NCBI GenBank assembly: GCA_963806225.1
Contig: CAWDXG010000001.1
Span: 1,600,001 to 1,664,000 of the forward strand
Direction: 5' to 3'
From: an uncultured delta proteobacterium
Lineage (GTDB): Bacteria; Myxococcota_A; Polyangia; Polyangiales; Polyangiaceae
DNA: 64,000 nt
Below the pieces are notes generated by a model, which was not told where the DNA came from, searched no databases, and was given only the letters and a program-made list of their open reading frames with translations. Made by a program: the position numbers and the translations under genes. Shown one piece after another: positions 21,967 through 34,264 of the stretch (positions are counted from its first letter, which is position 1; each line of letters begins with the position of its first letter).

Positions 21967-24900
21967 ATGTTCAAGGTCGAGTGCCCAGGTTGCAAGGCTC
22001 CGTACCAGGTCGACGAACGGCGCGTGCCTTCCACGGGGCTCAAGATGCGATGCCCGAAGTGCGGGACATCGTTCCAGGTCGAACCTCCGGCGGCCGATCC
22101 GACGACGAACGGGTCCCAGTCCGGTGTTGGGCGCTTCGCTCGAAGCGCCATCGGCTCCGGTCGCACCGCCCCGGAAGGCGCCGACTCCGAAACGGCCGCA
22201 CAAGGCGACGATGCTCGGTGTCGCTGCGCCCGGCGGCTCGAGTGATGATCCGTATGGGGAAATCGATCTCCCCACTGTTGGGCAGCCGCGCCCCAGGCCT
22301 TCGCCGGCCGCAGCCGATGTCGGTCGACCCGCACCTCCGCGTCCTCCGCCGCGTCCAGGCCCGCCGCGTCCAGGCCCGCCGCGTCCAGGCCCGCCGCGTC
22401 CAGGTGCCGCGGCCAATCCCGATGCGGATCTCCCCGCGCCGCTGGGTGCCCGCCCGCCGGCGCCTGCTGCGCCCGCCGCGCAGCCTGCGGCGCCTCCGGC
22501 GCAGCCGGGTCCAGATCCTGCCGAGCTCGACTTCGGCGAGCTCGATCTGCCTGCGCCTGTAGGTGCGTCCCCCGCGCAGACGGACGGAGCACCGGCGCCC
22601 TCTGGTGACTTCGGCGAGATCGATCTGCCAGCGCCGGCGGGCGGCGCGCAGGCTCCGCAGGCATCCTCCGGCTTCGGCGAGATCGATCTACCGGCGCCCG
22701 CAGCTGGCACGCCGCCGCCCGCGGGAGGCTTCGGCGAGGTCGATCTACCCGCGCCCGCCGGCGCGGGCGGTCCCGCCTTCGGCGAGATCGATCTGCCGGC
22801 GGTCCCTGGAGGCGCCCCAGCTCCTGCAGCGGCGAAGCCACAGGTAGGTGGCGGGAGGTTCGGCGAGATCGATCTTCCCTCCCTGTCCGCCGAGCTACCC
22901 GCGGTTTCCGGCGACCTGCCGTCGCCGGGCGGGGATCTGCCCGCCGCAGCCGGGGATCTGCCCGCCATAGCTGGGGATCTGCCCGCCGCGGCGGGGGAAC
23001 TGCCTGCTCCGGCGGGGGCTCTGCCCGTACCGGCATCGGCTCTTCCAGCACCGGCAGCCGGCCTGCCCCAACCCGGAGGCAATCTGCCCGCCGCGGCCGG
23101 TGGACTGCCTGCGCGCGGAGGTAGCTTCGGCGAGCTGGAGCTGCCGCTCGTCGGGGGCATCGGAGCCTCGCCGCCAATTCCGCAGGTGGAGCCGACGGGT
23201 TCCGATCCGTTCGCTTCGTCGCTGCCTCCACCTCCCGAGTCGTCGCCCCAGGCGGTGTCGTCGGAAGGCGTCGTGCGCGCGAGCGGCGGTGGCGTGAGCT
23301 ACGGCGAGGTCAACCTCGAAGGCGGGGACGAGGGTGCCGAGGTCAGTCTCGACGGTCCACCCCACTCGGGACGCCAGGCCGACGACGACATGGAGTTCGG
23401 CGCCATCCCGCAGGAGCACGACAGCGGGCCGGCTGCTTCCACCCCGGGCTCGCCGGATTTGCAGGTGCCGGTGGCGGTGGCAGGTCCGCGGGCGCCTGCG
23501 CAGATCGAGCTCCCGCGTCCGCGACGCCGCGGCCTTCGCATCACCATCGGCGTGATCGCGCTGCTGCTGGTCGGCGGTGGTGCCCTGGCACTGGTCCCGA
23601 CGCTCGGTCCCTTCGGCGCGTACTGGATCATGGATCAGGTCAACGCCGGCAAGTACCGCCAGCTCACTGCGAGCACCGTCGCGAAGGCGCGGTCCGATCT
23701 TTCCACGGACACCGCGCCTGCGGCGGCGAAGGCCGAGCGGTCCGTCGAGCACGCCCGCGCGCAGGCGAAGCGCGTCAAGGCGCTCGCCGCATACGCCGCG
23801 TATGTCGGCTACGCGCGGGAACTGCGCTTCGGTGACCAATCCGAAGTCGAGGCGCGAGCGAAGGTGCAGCTCAAGGAGCTATCGGAAGAGCACGACGTCG
23901 AGTATCTCGAGCTCGCCCGCGCCGCCCAGGCCGCGGAGCAGGGACAGCTGGCGCGTGCCCGCCAGAGCCTGCAGAAGATCGCCGCGAAGCGTCCGCGCGA
24001 TATCGATGTGGAGGTGACGTTGGGCGAGATCGCGCTGCGCGCACGCGAGCCGAAGACAGCGCTTCTGGCGTGGCAGAAGGCGCTCGCGATCGAGAAGAGC
24101 GCCCGCACCTTCTACGGATTGGCCCGCGCCCAGTTCGCCTCCGGCGACTTCGAGGGCGCGCGGAAGTCCGCCGAGCAGGCCTTGAAGCGGAGCCCGGGGC
24201 ACGTCGGCGCGCGAGTGCTGTTGGCGCGATTTGCCTGGCGGAAGGGCAGGAACGAAGCGCGGGCTACGAAGCTCCTGACCGAGGTCGTGAAGGACAAACA
24301 GGGCGCCAGTGACGACGAGATCGTGGCCGCGCAGACGCTGCTCGGCGACATCGATCTGGCGCGCTCCCGCATCTCGCACGCCGAGACGGCGTACGGCGAA
24401 GCGCTCCAGATCGATCCCAAGGCCGCCGGAGCGCTCCGCGGTCTGGGCGATGCGCTCTACCGGGCCGGACGTTATTCGGAAGCGCTCGCACGCTTCGAAG
24501 CTGCGACCCAGGCCGATCCCGATGACATCCCGTCGAAGGTCGGTGTCGCGAAGACGAAGATCGCGCTCGAGCGACTGCAGGACGCGCGCGAGATGATGAA
24601 GAAGCTCCGCGAGGCGCATCCGAAGTCGATGCTCGTCGCCTATTGGTACGGCAAGGCGCAGGAAGCGCTCGGTTCGCGCAAGGAAGCGGAACAGGGCTAC
24701 CGTGCAGCGATCGCCAATGCCGGCAAGAACCCGGATGCGGTGGACGCCTACGTCGCGCTCGCGATGCTGCTCGGCCAGCAGGGACGCAACGACGAGGCGA
24801 CGAAGACCCTCGACGAAGCGCGGAAGAAGCTGCCGGATTCGCCCGCGATCCACAAAGCGATGGGCAAGCTGGCGCTGTCGCAGGGGCGTTACGATCTAGC

Positions 24901-25942
24901 CGCCGCGGAGTTCCGCAAGGCACTTGAGCTCGACCCGGACGATGTGAGTGCGAAGTTCCAGTTGGCCATCGCGCTGAGGCAGAGCCGGCATTTCGACGAG
25001 GCGAGCAAGCTGTTCGATGCCGTTGCCAAGGTGGACCGCGACTACCCCGGCCTCGCGCTGGAACGCGGACTCCTCTACGAAGCGTCGGGACGGACGGAAG
25101 AAGCGCTCAAGGCCTACGAGTCGGCGCTGGCCAAGGCGCCCAACGATCTCGATCTGATGCTGCGCGTCGGTTGCGGAAAGGTCGCCGCGGGCCGCGCGAA
25201 GGAAGCGGAAAAGCTCCTGCGCAAGGTGCTGGGTCAGCGCCCCAATTCCGCCGAGACGAACCATTGCCTTGGGCGGGCGCTGCTTGTCGAGGGCACGAAC
25301 CTGGCACAGGCGCTCAAGACCCTGCAGCGTGCCGTGGAGCTCGACCCGAACCGTGCCGAGTACTGGCTGTATGTGGGCTGGGCCGCGAACGAGGCCGGGC
25401 GCGTGCAGACGGCCGAGAAGGCCCTGCAGAAGGCTCTCGACATCGACCAGAACCTGGCCGACGCCTACTGGCAGAGAGGGGTTCTGCGCTATCGCCAGGG
25501 CGCCGTGAAGGATGCCATCAAGGATCTCGACAAGGCCCTCGAGCTCAGGCCCAGCCGCAACGAAGCGCACGCGGCGCTTGCGGACTCGTACTACGACCTC
25601 GGCCGCACTGCCGACGCCATGAGCGAGTGGCAGAAGGCCACCGCCGCCCAGCCCGACAACGCCACGTGGCACTTCCGCTACGGCAAACTGCTCGAGCAGA
25701 ACCACAAGGACGCCGAGGCGCAGCAGCAGCTGGGCAAGGCGGTCGAGCTCGGCGAGCAGATGGACGACAAGCCGCGCTGGTTGTGGGAGGCGCACTATCT
25801 CCTGGCACGCGCCATCGGTCCGCACAAGGAGGCAGCCAAGCATTGGGAAGCCTTCCTGCGCACCGGGCCGCGCGACTCGCCCTATCGTGCCGAGGCGAAG
25901 GCCGCCCTTGCCAAGCTGGGGCGCCCCTGGCAGGGCGGTTGA
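21967..25942 (+). CDS. Zinc-ribbon (MJ0042-type) / low-complexity linker / TM / periplasmic TPR protein; one +1 frameshift near 22105
   Basis: MFKVECPGCKAPY...MRCPKC in one frame joins the 21920 ORF at RRTGPSPVLG; TM ITIGVIALLLVGGGALALV; long TPR array after it. Confidence 0.85.
22346..22405 (+). repeat. 15-bp tandem repeat x4 encoding PPRPG
   Basis: ccgccgcgtccaggc repeated four times (the last copy ends in t). Confidence 0.9.
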
Positions 25943-26917
25943 TCAACCGCCGCTCGCGCGCGCTGCCGGGTCGCGACAGCAGCGGAAGCCGGTCGAGTAG
26001 TCGTGGTAGCTCGGCTGGTGGCCGATGGTGACGAATCCGCAGCCGTTTCCGTGTTCATCGCGCGTGCTGTAGAAACCGCCCATGAACACCCCGTGCCCCG
26101 CCTGGCGGTCCAGCCGCGCGAGCAGCGCGTGCGAGACAGGCACGACGGACGAGGCCGTGGGCTCGATGGTGTCCGACACCCACTCGTGCAGGTTTCCCAC
26201 CATGTCGTAGAGCCCTGCATCGGTGACGCATCGGCTGTAGGCGCCGGTGTGTGCCAGGAAGCCCGGGACTTGATCCAGGCGTGGATCGTTGAACGCGTAG
26301 CGGTAGCTCCACAGCCCTGGACTTTCACCATGGAACCGTCCGAGGAGGTGGGGCTTGCCCGAATTGCAGACGCCGGCGTGTTCGCGCGGCCCGTAGGGAT
26401 AGGCTGTGCGGTGGCCGCCACGACAGGCGCTGAACCACTCACGCAGCGTGCACAGGCGCTTGTGCGCCGCCAGACAGGCCGCCGCGGATTCGAACCGATT
26501 GACGTATGCCTGGGGGAAGACGCCGGCGCGCGACCGCGCCACATAGGTGACGCCCGACCGCGGCCGCTCGTACCAGAGGTGCACGTGGATGCTGCCGGCA
26601 GCTCCGCGCACGACGAGCTGGTCCTCGTAGCGATCGACGCACACCGGGCCCGCGAGGACCATTTCCGTCGGGCACGGGCCTCCGGAGCGCGAGGCGTCGT
26701 TCGCCGGGGCTGCTGCGGAAGGGCGGGGTGCCGTGGTCCTCGCGTGCGGCGGGGGAGCCGGGGAAGGCGCGGGAGACGCCGCCGGCGCCGGGCCCGCCTT
26801 CTGGGAAGCGGTTCTGTGCGCATGCCGACAGCCTGGCGCAGCGGGCGCGGCCAGCAGCGCCACGGAGATGGCGAAAACCCTCTCCGCGAACGCGCGTGGG
26901 TGCGGGCGCGCGGTCAT
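25943..26917 (-). CDS. SUMF1/EgtB/PvdO (FGE-sulfatase-like) domain exported protein
   Basis: CPTEMV...CVDRYE, KRLCTLREW, GLYDMVGNLHEW and STGFRCC motifs. Confidence 0.88.
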   Translation of the reverse strand: MTARPHPRAFAERVFAISVALLAAPAAPGCRHAHRTASQKAGPAPAASPAPSPAPPPHARTTAPRPSAAAPANDASRSGGPCPTEMVLAGPVCVDRYEDQLVVRGAAGSIHVHLWYERPRSGVTYVARSRAGVFPQAYVNRFESAAACLAAHKRLCTLREWFSACRGGHRTAYPYGPREHAGVCNSGKPHLLGRFHGESPGLWSYRYAFNDPRLDQVPGFLAHTGAYSRCVTDAGLYDMVGNLHEWVSDTIEPTASSVVPVSHALLARLDRQAGHGVFMGGFYSTRDEHGNGCGFVTIGHQPSYHDYSTGFRCCRDPAARASGG

Positions 26918-26963
26918 CTCCTTTCCACTATGGATCGACAGAAGGCTCTGGGCCCGGACCTGC

Positions 26964-27001
26964 TTGACAGATTTCTGTAAACGATTAACAGCTTCTGTAA
27001 A
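26964..27001. promoter_or_regulatory. Tandem imperfect palindromes: putative ScfR operator overlapping a TTGACA element
   Basis: TTGACAG-ATTT-CTGTAAA then TTAACAG-CTT-CTGTAAA; TTCTGTAAAC repeats at a 20-bp period in an AT-rich divergent intergenic region. Confidence 0.6.
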
Positions 27002-27014
27002 CAAGAGGCTATCG

Positions 27015-28556
27015 ATGCCCCGGATCCCCCAGAACCGCACCCTGAACGCATCGGCGGGGCGGCGCCTGCGCGAGCTCCGGCTCGAGCGGGGCCACTCCCA
27101 GGCGGAGTTCGCCAGGCGACTCGACATCTCGCCGGCGTACCTGAATCTGATCGAGAAGGGGCGCCGCACCCTGCAGCTGCCGCTTCTGTGGAAGGCGCTC
27201 GAGCTGCTCGACGCGGACCCGGAGCCGTTCATCTCCAGCCTGGGCGAACAACCCGTGCAGGAGAGTCTTGCGCAGCTGCTGGATGAACCGCTGCTGCGTT
27301 CGCTGAACCTCGACAAGGACGCGCTCGCGTCGCTCAGCGCCGAGCCGCGCGCCGTCACCACGATCACGACGCTGTTCAACCTGTACAAGAACACGCGCGG
27401 GCAACTCGACAACCTGATTGGCCTGGTTTCCCGACGCGAGGCCGACCGCAAGGCCCGCGCGTCCCTGGCGGGGCGATCCGGGATTGCCGACTCGTCGCTG
27501 CGCTATGACTACTCGCCGCTCGACGAGGTTGCCGACTTCGTGCAGGAGAGCGACAACTACTTTCCGGCTATCGAAGAAGCTGCTTCGGGCGTGCGGCGCG
27601 ACTTCCATCTCGAGCGCCGCGTGCTGAGCGACCAGCTCACACGGGTACTGTCTGGGCTGGGCGTGAAGACGAGCGTGCGGCGCGAGCAGAGCGGAACCAG
27701 CGTGGTGCGTCGCTACGATCCGGACGCAGGTCAACTCGAGATCTCGAGCGAACTCAGCGAAGCGCGGCGCAAATTCGATCTAGCCCATATCATCGGGCTG
27801 CGCGTGCTCGAGGAACGTGGGCTCTTCGACCGCATCACGAAGACCTTCGAGGCGCGCCATCCGGAGACGCTCACGCTGAGCAAGGTGCACCTGGCGAACT
27901 ACTTCGCGGGCGCGATGCTGATGCCCTACGCCGACTTCTTCGACGAGGCGCAGCGCTGTCGTTACGACGTGGATCGGCTCGCGGATCTGTTCGAGATGAA
28001 CTACGAGGCGGCCGCGCACCGCCTGACCAATCTGAGCGATCCCAAGCGGCGCGGCGTACCGATGCACTTCATGCGCGTCGACATCGCCGGCAATCTGTCC
28101 AAGCGCTATTCGAAAACCGGACTCACGTTTCCCAGCGGGCTCGGCTCCTGCCCGAAATGGGTCGCGCACACGGCGTTCCTCACGCCGAGCGTGGTTTCCA
28201 AGCAGTTCAGCGTGATGCCCGACGGCGCGGCGTACTTCTGCTTTGCGCGGATCACCACGGCGCCCAAGCGGGGTTCGCTGGTGAAAGGGACCGTCTACTC
28301 GATCGGTCTCGGCACCCAGGCCGAGGATGCCCATCATCTGACATTTGCGGACGACCAGCCCCGCTGGGCGCCCGAGCGAGCGGAACGTATCGGCGTGCCA
28401 GTGGGCATCACCTGCCGCTTCTGCGAGCGCACGGATTGCAACCAGCGCGCGGCGCCGAGCTACCGCTTCGCCTTCAGTCCCGACGAGTACGTCAAGAAGG
28501 ACAACTTCTTCTCGCCCATCCTCGAGAGCGAAAGCGGCAGGCCCCGGCGCAGCTGA
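27015..28556 (+). CDS. XRE/ScfR-family short-chain fatty acyl-CoA regulator (RamB/PrpR/PccR-like)
   Basis: N-terminal HTH (SQAEFARRLDISPAYLNLIE); ANYFAGAMLMPY; RVDIAGNLSKR; C-terminal CRFCERTDCNQRA. Confidence 0.92.
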   Translation: MPRIPQNRTLNASAGRRLRELRLERGHSQAEFARRLDISPAYLNLIEKGRRTLQLPLLWKALELLDADPEPFISSLGEQPVQESLAQLLDEPLLRSLNLDKDALASLSAEPRAVTTITTLFNLYKNTRGQLDNLIGLVSRREADRKARASLAGRSGIADSSLRYDYSPLDEVADFVQESDNYFPAIEEAASGVRRDFHLERRVLSDQLTRVLSGLGVKTSVRREQSGTSVVRRYDPDAGQLEISSELSEARRKFDLAHIIGLRVLEERGLFDRITKTFEARHPETLTLSKVHLANYFAGAMLMPYADFFDEAQRCRYDVDRLADLFEMNYEAAAHRLTNLSDPKRRGVPMHFMRVDIAGNLSKRYSKTGLTFPSGLGSCPKWVAHTAFLTPSVVSKQFSVMPDGAAYFCFARITTAPKRGSLVKGTVYSIGLGTQAEDAHHLTFADDQPRWAPERAERIGVPVGITCRFCERTDCNQRAAPSYRFAFSPDEYVKKDNFFSPILESESGRPRRS

Positions 28557-28562
28557 GGCGGC

Positions 28563-29585
28563 TCAGACCTGCCAGGTGTTGCCGCTGTTGAGCAGCTTGC
28601 CCAGGTCGCCCTTGCCGAACTTGTCCACGGCCGTCTGGTGCTGCTGCAGAAGCGTCTCGTCGTAGCTCGGACGATCGACTGCGTACAGAACGCCTACGGC
28701 CACCGGGAACTGCGGATAGGGCATGCGTGCCAGCATGTAGGCGAGCGTGGCGTTGGTCTCGTCGTGGAGCAGGATATCGTTTTCGGTGACGCCGTCCTCG
28801 CCGATCGTGACCACCTCGAGCGACAACGTCCTGGGGGAGATCCTGAGACCCTGCTTGGCGTCCTTGCCGAACATGAGCGGCTTGCCGTGCTCGACGCGGA
28901 GCTGCCGGTCGGCCTGCATGGCCTTCTCGCGGAAGCTGTCGAACGCTCCGTCGTTGAAGACGTTGCAGTTCTGGTAGATCTCGAGGAAAGTCGCTCCCTT
29001 GTGCTCCGCCGCGCGGCGCAGCATCGCCGACAGGTGCTGGGCATCGACGTCGATCGAGCGCGCAACGAAGCTGCCACCCGAGCCCAGCGCGAACGTCGCC
29101 GGGTCGACGGGCTGATCGGCCGAGCCCAGCGGCGTGCTCTTGGTCACCTTTCCGAACTCGCTGGTGGGCGAGTACTGGCCCTTGGTGAGTCCGTAGATGC
29201 GGTTGTTGAACATCAGGATGTGGATGTCGAGGTTCCGCCGGAGGGCGTGCATCAGGTGGTTGCCGCCGATGCTCAGGCCGTCGCCGTCGCCGGTCACGAC
29301 CCAGACGGAGAGCTCGGGATTGGCCGCCTTGACGCCCATCGCGATCGCAGGTGCCCGGCCGTGGATGGTGTGGAAGCCGTACGTGTTCATGTAGTACGGG
29401 AAGCGACTGGAGCAGCCGATGCCGCTCACCCAGACGATGTTCTCCCGCGGCACGCCCAGCTCGGGCATGACGCGCTGGACGTTGGCCAGGATCGAGTAGT
29501 CGCCGCAGCCGGGACACCAACGGACATCCTGGTCCGTCGCGAAGTCCTTGCGCGTAAGCTTGGGGGTCTTGATGACTTCGTTCAT
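28563..29585 (-). CDS. korB: 2-oxoacid:ferredoxin oxidoreductase beta subunit
   Basis: WCPGCGD, SGIGCSS, TPP-binding GDGDGLSIGGNH and NNRIYGLTKGQYSPT. Substrate is not determinable from sequence. Confidence 0.93.
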   Translation of the reverse strand: MNEVIKTPKLTRKDFATDQDVRWCPGCGDYSILANVQRVMPELGVPRENIVWVSGIGCSSRFPYYMNTYGFHTIHGRAPAIAMGVKAANPELSVWVVTGDGDGLSIGGNHLMHALRRNLDIHILMFNNRIYGLTKGQYSPTSEFGKVTKSTPLGSADQPVDPATFALGSGGSFVARSIDVDAQHLSAMLRRAAEHKGATFLEIYQNCNVFNDGAFDSFREKAMQADRQLRVEHGKPLMFGKDAKQGLRISPRTLSLEVVTIGEDGVTENDILLHDETNATLAYMLARMPYPQFPVAVGVLYAVDRPSYDETLLQQHQTAVDKFGKGDLGKLLNSGNTWQV

Positions 29586-29590
29586 TGTCT

Positions 29591-31468
29591 TCAGCTTTCC
29601 ATCATCTGGCGGATGCGGTTCTCGATCTCGTCGATCCGGAAGGGTTGACCTTCGCACTTGGAGTAGGTCTCCGCCGGGATCAGGAACTCCGCACGGATGA
29701 GCTTGACCAGCTGCCCGAGGTTCAATTCGGGGATCAGCACCCGATCGAAGCCAGCGATGATGTCACCGAGGTTCCGCGGTAGTGGATTGATGTAGCGCAG
29801 GTGGGCGTGGGACACCTCGAGCCCGCGCTCGCGACAGCGCTCGACTGCGGAGCGGATGGCGCCGTACGTCGAACCCCAGCCGAGCACCAGCAGCTTGCCG
29901 GACTTGGGCCCCACGTCCATCGACTGCTCGGGGATGTAGTTCGCGATGCCGGCGATCTTGGCTGCCCGGGTGCGGCACATCTTGTCGTGATTGTCCGGAT
30001 CGTAGGAGATGTTGCCGCTATCGTAGTCCTTCTCGAGGCCTCCGATGCGGTGCTCGAGCCCGGGCGTGCCCGGAATGGCCCAGTTGCGCGCCAGCGTTTC
30101 CGGATCGCGGGCGAAAGGCTGGAAGCCTTCCAGCTCGGTCCGGAATTTCACCTTGATCTCCGGCAGCTGGCTCACGTCGGGGATACGCCACGGCTCGGCG
30201 CCGTTGGCGAGGTAGCCATCCGTCAGCAGCATCACCGGCGTCATGAACTCGAGCGCGAGACGCACCGCCTCCACCGACATGTGGAAGCAGTCGCCGGGCG
30301 TCGCTGCGGCGATCACGCACAGCGGGGCTTCACTGTTGCGGCCGTAGACGGCCTGCAGCAGGTCCGCCTGTTCGGTCTTGGTGGGCAGCCCGGTACTGGG
30401 CCCGCCGCGCTGGACGTTGACCACCACGAGCGGCAGCTCGGTGGCGATGGCGAGGCCCAGCGCTTCGCTCTTCAGCGCCACGCCGGGCCCGCTGGTCGTG
30501 GTGCAGCCGATGGCGCCCGCGTAGGAGGCGCCTATCGCGGTGCACACCGCGGCGATCTCGTCTTCGGCCTGGATTGTGGTGACGCCGTAGTGCTTGTACT
30601 TGCTGAGCTCGTGCAGCACGTCGCTGGCCGGCGTGATCGGATAGGAACCCAGCACCAGCTCGAGGCCGCTCAGCTGCGCGGCGGCGATCAAGCCCCAGGC
30701 GGTCGCCATGTTGCCGCCGATGTTCCGGTAGGTGCCCTTTTCGACGGGCGCGGCCGGCACCTCGTAGTGGTAGTGCGAGATCTCGGTCGTCTCGCCGTAG
30801 GCGTGCCCCGCCTTGAGCGCGAGGATGTTGGCTTCCACCACGTCGGGGCGCCGCTTGAACTTGGACTCGATCCACTTGATGGTCGGCTCGAGCGGGCGGC
30901 TGTAGATCCAGAACATCAGCCCGAGCGTCCAGAAGTTCTTGCAGCGGTTGGCTTCCTTGGTGGAAAGCCCCACTTCCTTCACGGCGTTGAGCGTGTTCTT
31001 CGTGATGTCGATCGGCAGCACGTTGTAGCCGTCGAGCGTGTCGTCATCGAGCGGGTTCGATGCGTATCCCGCCTTCTTCAGGTTCGCGGTGCTGAACGCC
31101 CCGCTGTTGGCGATCAGGAGGCCGCCCCGCTTCAGCTGCTTGACGTTGGTCTTCAGCGCGGCGGGGTTCATCGCCACGAGGACATCCGGCGCGTCACCCG
31201 GCGTGTAGACATCCTGCGAAGCGAAGTTGATCTGGAACCCGGAGACGCCGTACAGCGTTCCAGCGGGGGCGCGGATCTCGGCCGGGTAGTCGGGAAAGGT
31301 CGCGAGATCGTTCCCGGCGAGTGCAGCCGCCGAGGTGAACTGGGCGCCTGTGACCTGCATGCCGTCACCGGAATCACCAGCGAATCGGACCACTGCGCCG
31401 TGGATCTTCTGACTGTTGTCCGGGGCCGTAGCGGCGGGCGGGGATAGCGGGGACGCCTGCGTTGCCAT
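29591..31468 (-). CDS. korA: 2-oxoacid:acceptor oxidoreductase alpha subunit (gamma-alpha fusion)
   Basis: FAGDSGDGMQ, YPITPAS, QAEDEIAA and QRGGPSTGLPT motifs. Confidence 0.93.
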   Translation of the reverse strand: MATQASPLSPPAATAPDNSQKIHGAVVRFAGDSGDGMQVTGAQFTSAAALAGNDLATFPDYPAEIRAPAGTLYGVSGFQINFASQDVYTPGDAPDVLVAMNPAALKTNVKQLKRGGLLIANSGAFSTANLKKAGYASNPLDDDTLDGYNVLPIDITKNTLNAVKEVGLSTKEANRCKNFWTLGLMFWIYSRPLEPTIKWIESKFKRRPDVVEANILALKAGHAYGETTEISHYHYEVPAAPVEKGTYRNIGGNMATAWGLIAAAQLSGLELVLGSYPITPASDVLHELSKYKHYGVTTIQAEDEIAAVCTAIGASYAGAIGCTTTSGPGVALKSEALGLAIATELPLVVVNVQRGGPSTGLPTKTEQADLLQAVYGRNSEAPLCVIAAATPGDCFHMSVEAVRLALEFMTPVMLLTDGYLANGAEPWRIPDVSQLPEIKVKFRTELEGFQPFARDPETLARNWAIPGTPGLEHRIGGLEKDYDSGNISYDPDNHDKMCRTRAAKIAGIANYIPEQSMDVGPKSGKLLVLGWGSTYGAIRSAVERCRERGLEVSHAHLRYINPLPRNLGDIIAGFDRVLIPELNLGQLVKLIRAEFLIPAETYSKCEGQPFRIDEIENRIRQMMES

Positions 31469-31871
31469 GTGTGTCGGATCTACCTTTCCAGGTTCGGACG
31501 TGGGCCGCTCAGGTTGGCCGAAGCCCGCCTGCTCGGCCCACGATGCGGGCTTTCGCGGAGGAATGCCACTTCGGCTAGGCCAGGGTTACCACCAGAACCC
31601 TGGCGGGCCAGCCACGAATGAGCGGTATCATTGTCGAGCGAAATGGTCGCAAACGCTTTCGGCCGCCGTCGGGGACTGCTTGGGGCAGGCGTACGCTCGG
31701 GGCGAGCCGCGCGGGGGAGGGAGCGGATTGTCCGTGACGGGGACACTCGGAGACGCACTCTGCGCACCCCGAGACATAGGGCAGATTGGCTCCGGATGCG
31801 AGGGGGATCCTCGAAAAACCCGTGGGGTGCGCGGAGCGGAGGGGCTGCCGTCGGAAGCGGGCGCGCTGCGT

Positions 31872-32318
31872 TCAGGCCGCGGCGGCGTGCCGGTCGAGCA
31901 TTTCCGCCAGCCGCGGGGCGGCCGCCTCGACGTGCTTGTGCGCCATGGGGCGGAGCTTCCGGTAGGTCTTCTTGATGGCCCCGCTTTTTGCGTGTTCCGC
32001 GCGCGCGTCGGTGATTCCCAGAAGGGCGTCGGCGACCCGGGCCGGGTCCTCTTTCAGGTGTGCCCCTGCGGGCTGCTTCTTCTCGACCGCCTCCTGGTAG
32101 ATCGGGTCCAGCGCGTCCAGGAAGTCGTCCAGCAGATGGTCGACCACCTCGCGCACGAAGCCCGGTTTGATGCCCCGCACGAGCTTGTAGCCCCCCTTGA
32201 TGGCCAGGCCCGACACGCCGCTCTTGTCGGCGACCTCCAGGTCCAGCACCTTGCAGGCGTCGTCGATCACCGCCGTGCGCTTTTCGCCGCTTCCCAGGAG
32301 CTCTTTCAGACTCGCCAT
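31872..32318 (-). CDS. Conserved helical hypothetical protein (DUF6918-like)
   Basis: 148 aa from MASLKELL; EVADKSGVSGLAIKGGYKLV...VADALLGITD pattern. Family assignment is from recollection. Confidence 0.7.
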   Translation of the reverse strand: MASLKELLGSGEKRTAVIDDACKVLDLEVADKSGVSGLAIKGGYKLVRGIKPGFVREVVDHLLDDFLDALDPIYQEAVEKKQPAGAHLKEDPARVADALLGITDARAEHAKSGAIKKTYRKLRPMAHKHVEAAAPRLAEMLDRHAAAA

Positions 32319-32594
32319 GATGCCACCGCTATCTGTGTAGGGAGCGGCGTGGTTAGCATTACCCGGCGGCGGATCAAAGCTCGGGATCGCCGCCGGCGCG
32401 TGTCGTGGCATGTAGGGAAATCCCACCCATTTCGCGGGGAGCTCGGGTCGCGGCTGCTTGACGGGCTCCAGCGTGGGTGCGCTTAATCGGAAAAAAGCGT
32501 AGTAATATAGCATCCAAAGCTGTCAACCCAGACGCGCGGCGCGGTTCGGGCTCGTCCTGACGTGTGCGCTTCGAGCCGCAACGACATTGCCACG

Positions 32595-34221
<1,627 letters not shown>

Positions 34222-34264
34222 GCCAGCTGTCGGGCGCGCGCGCTGTCGCGCGCCTCGGCCGCGG

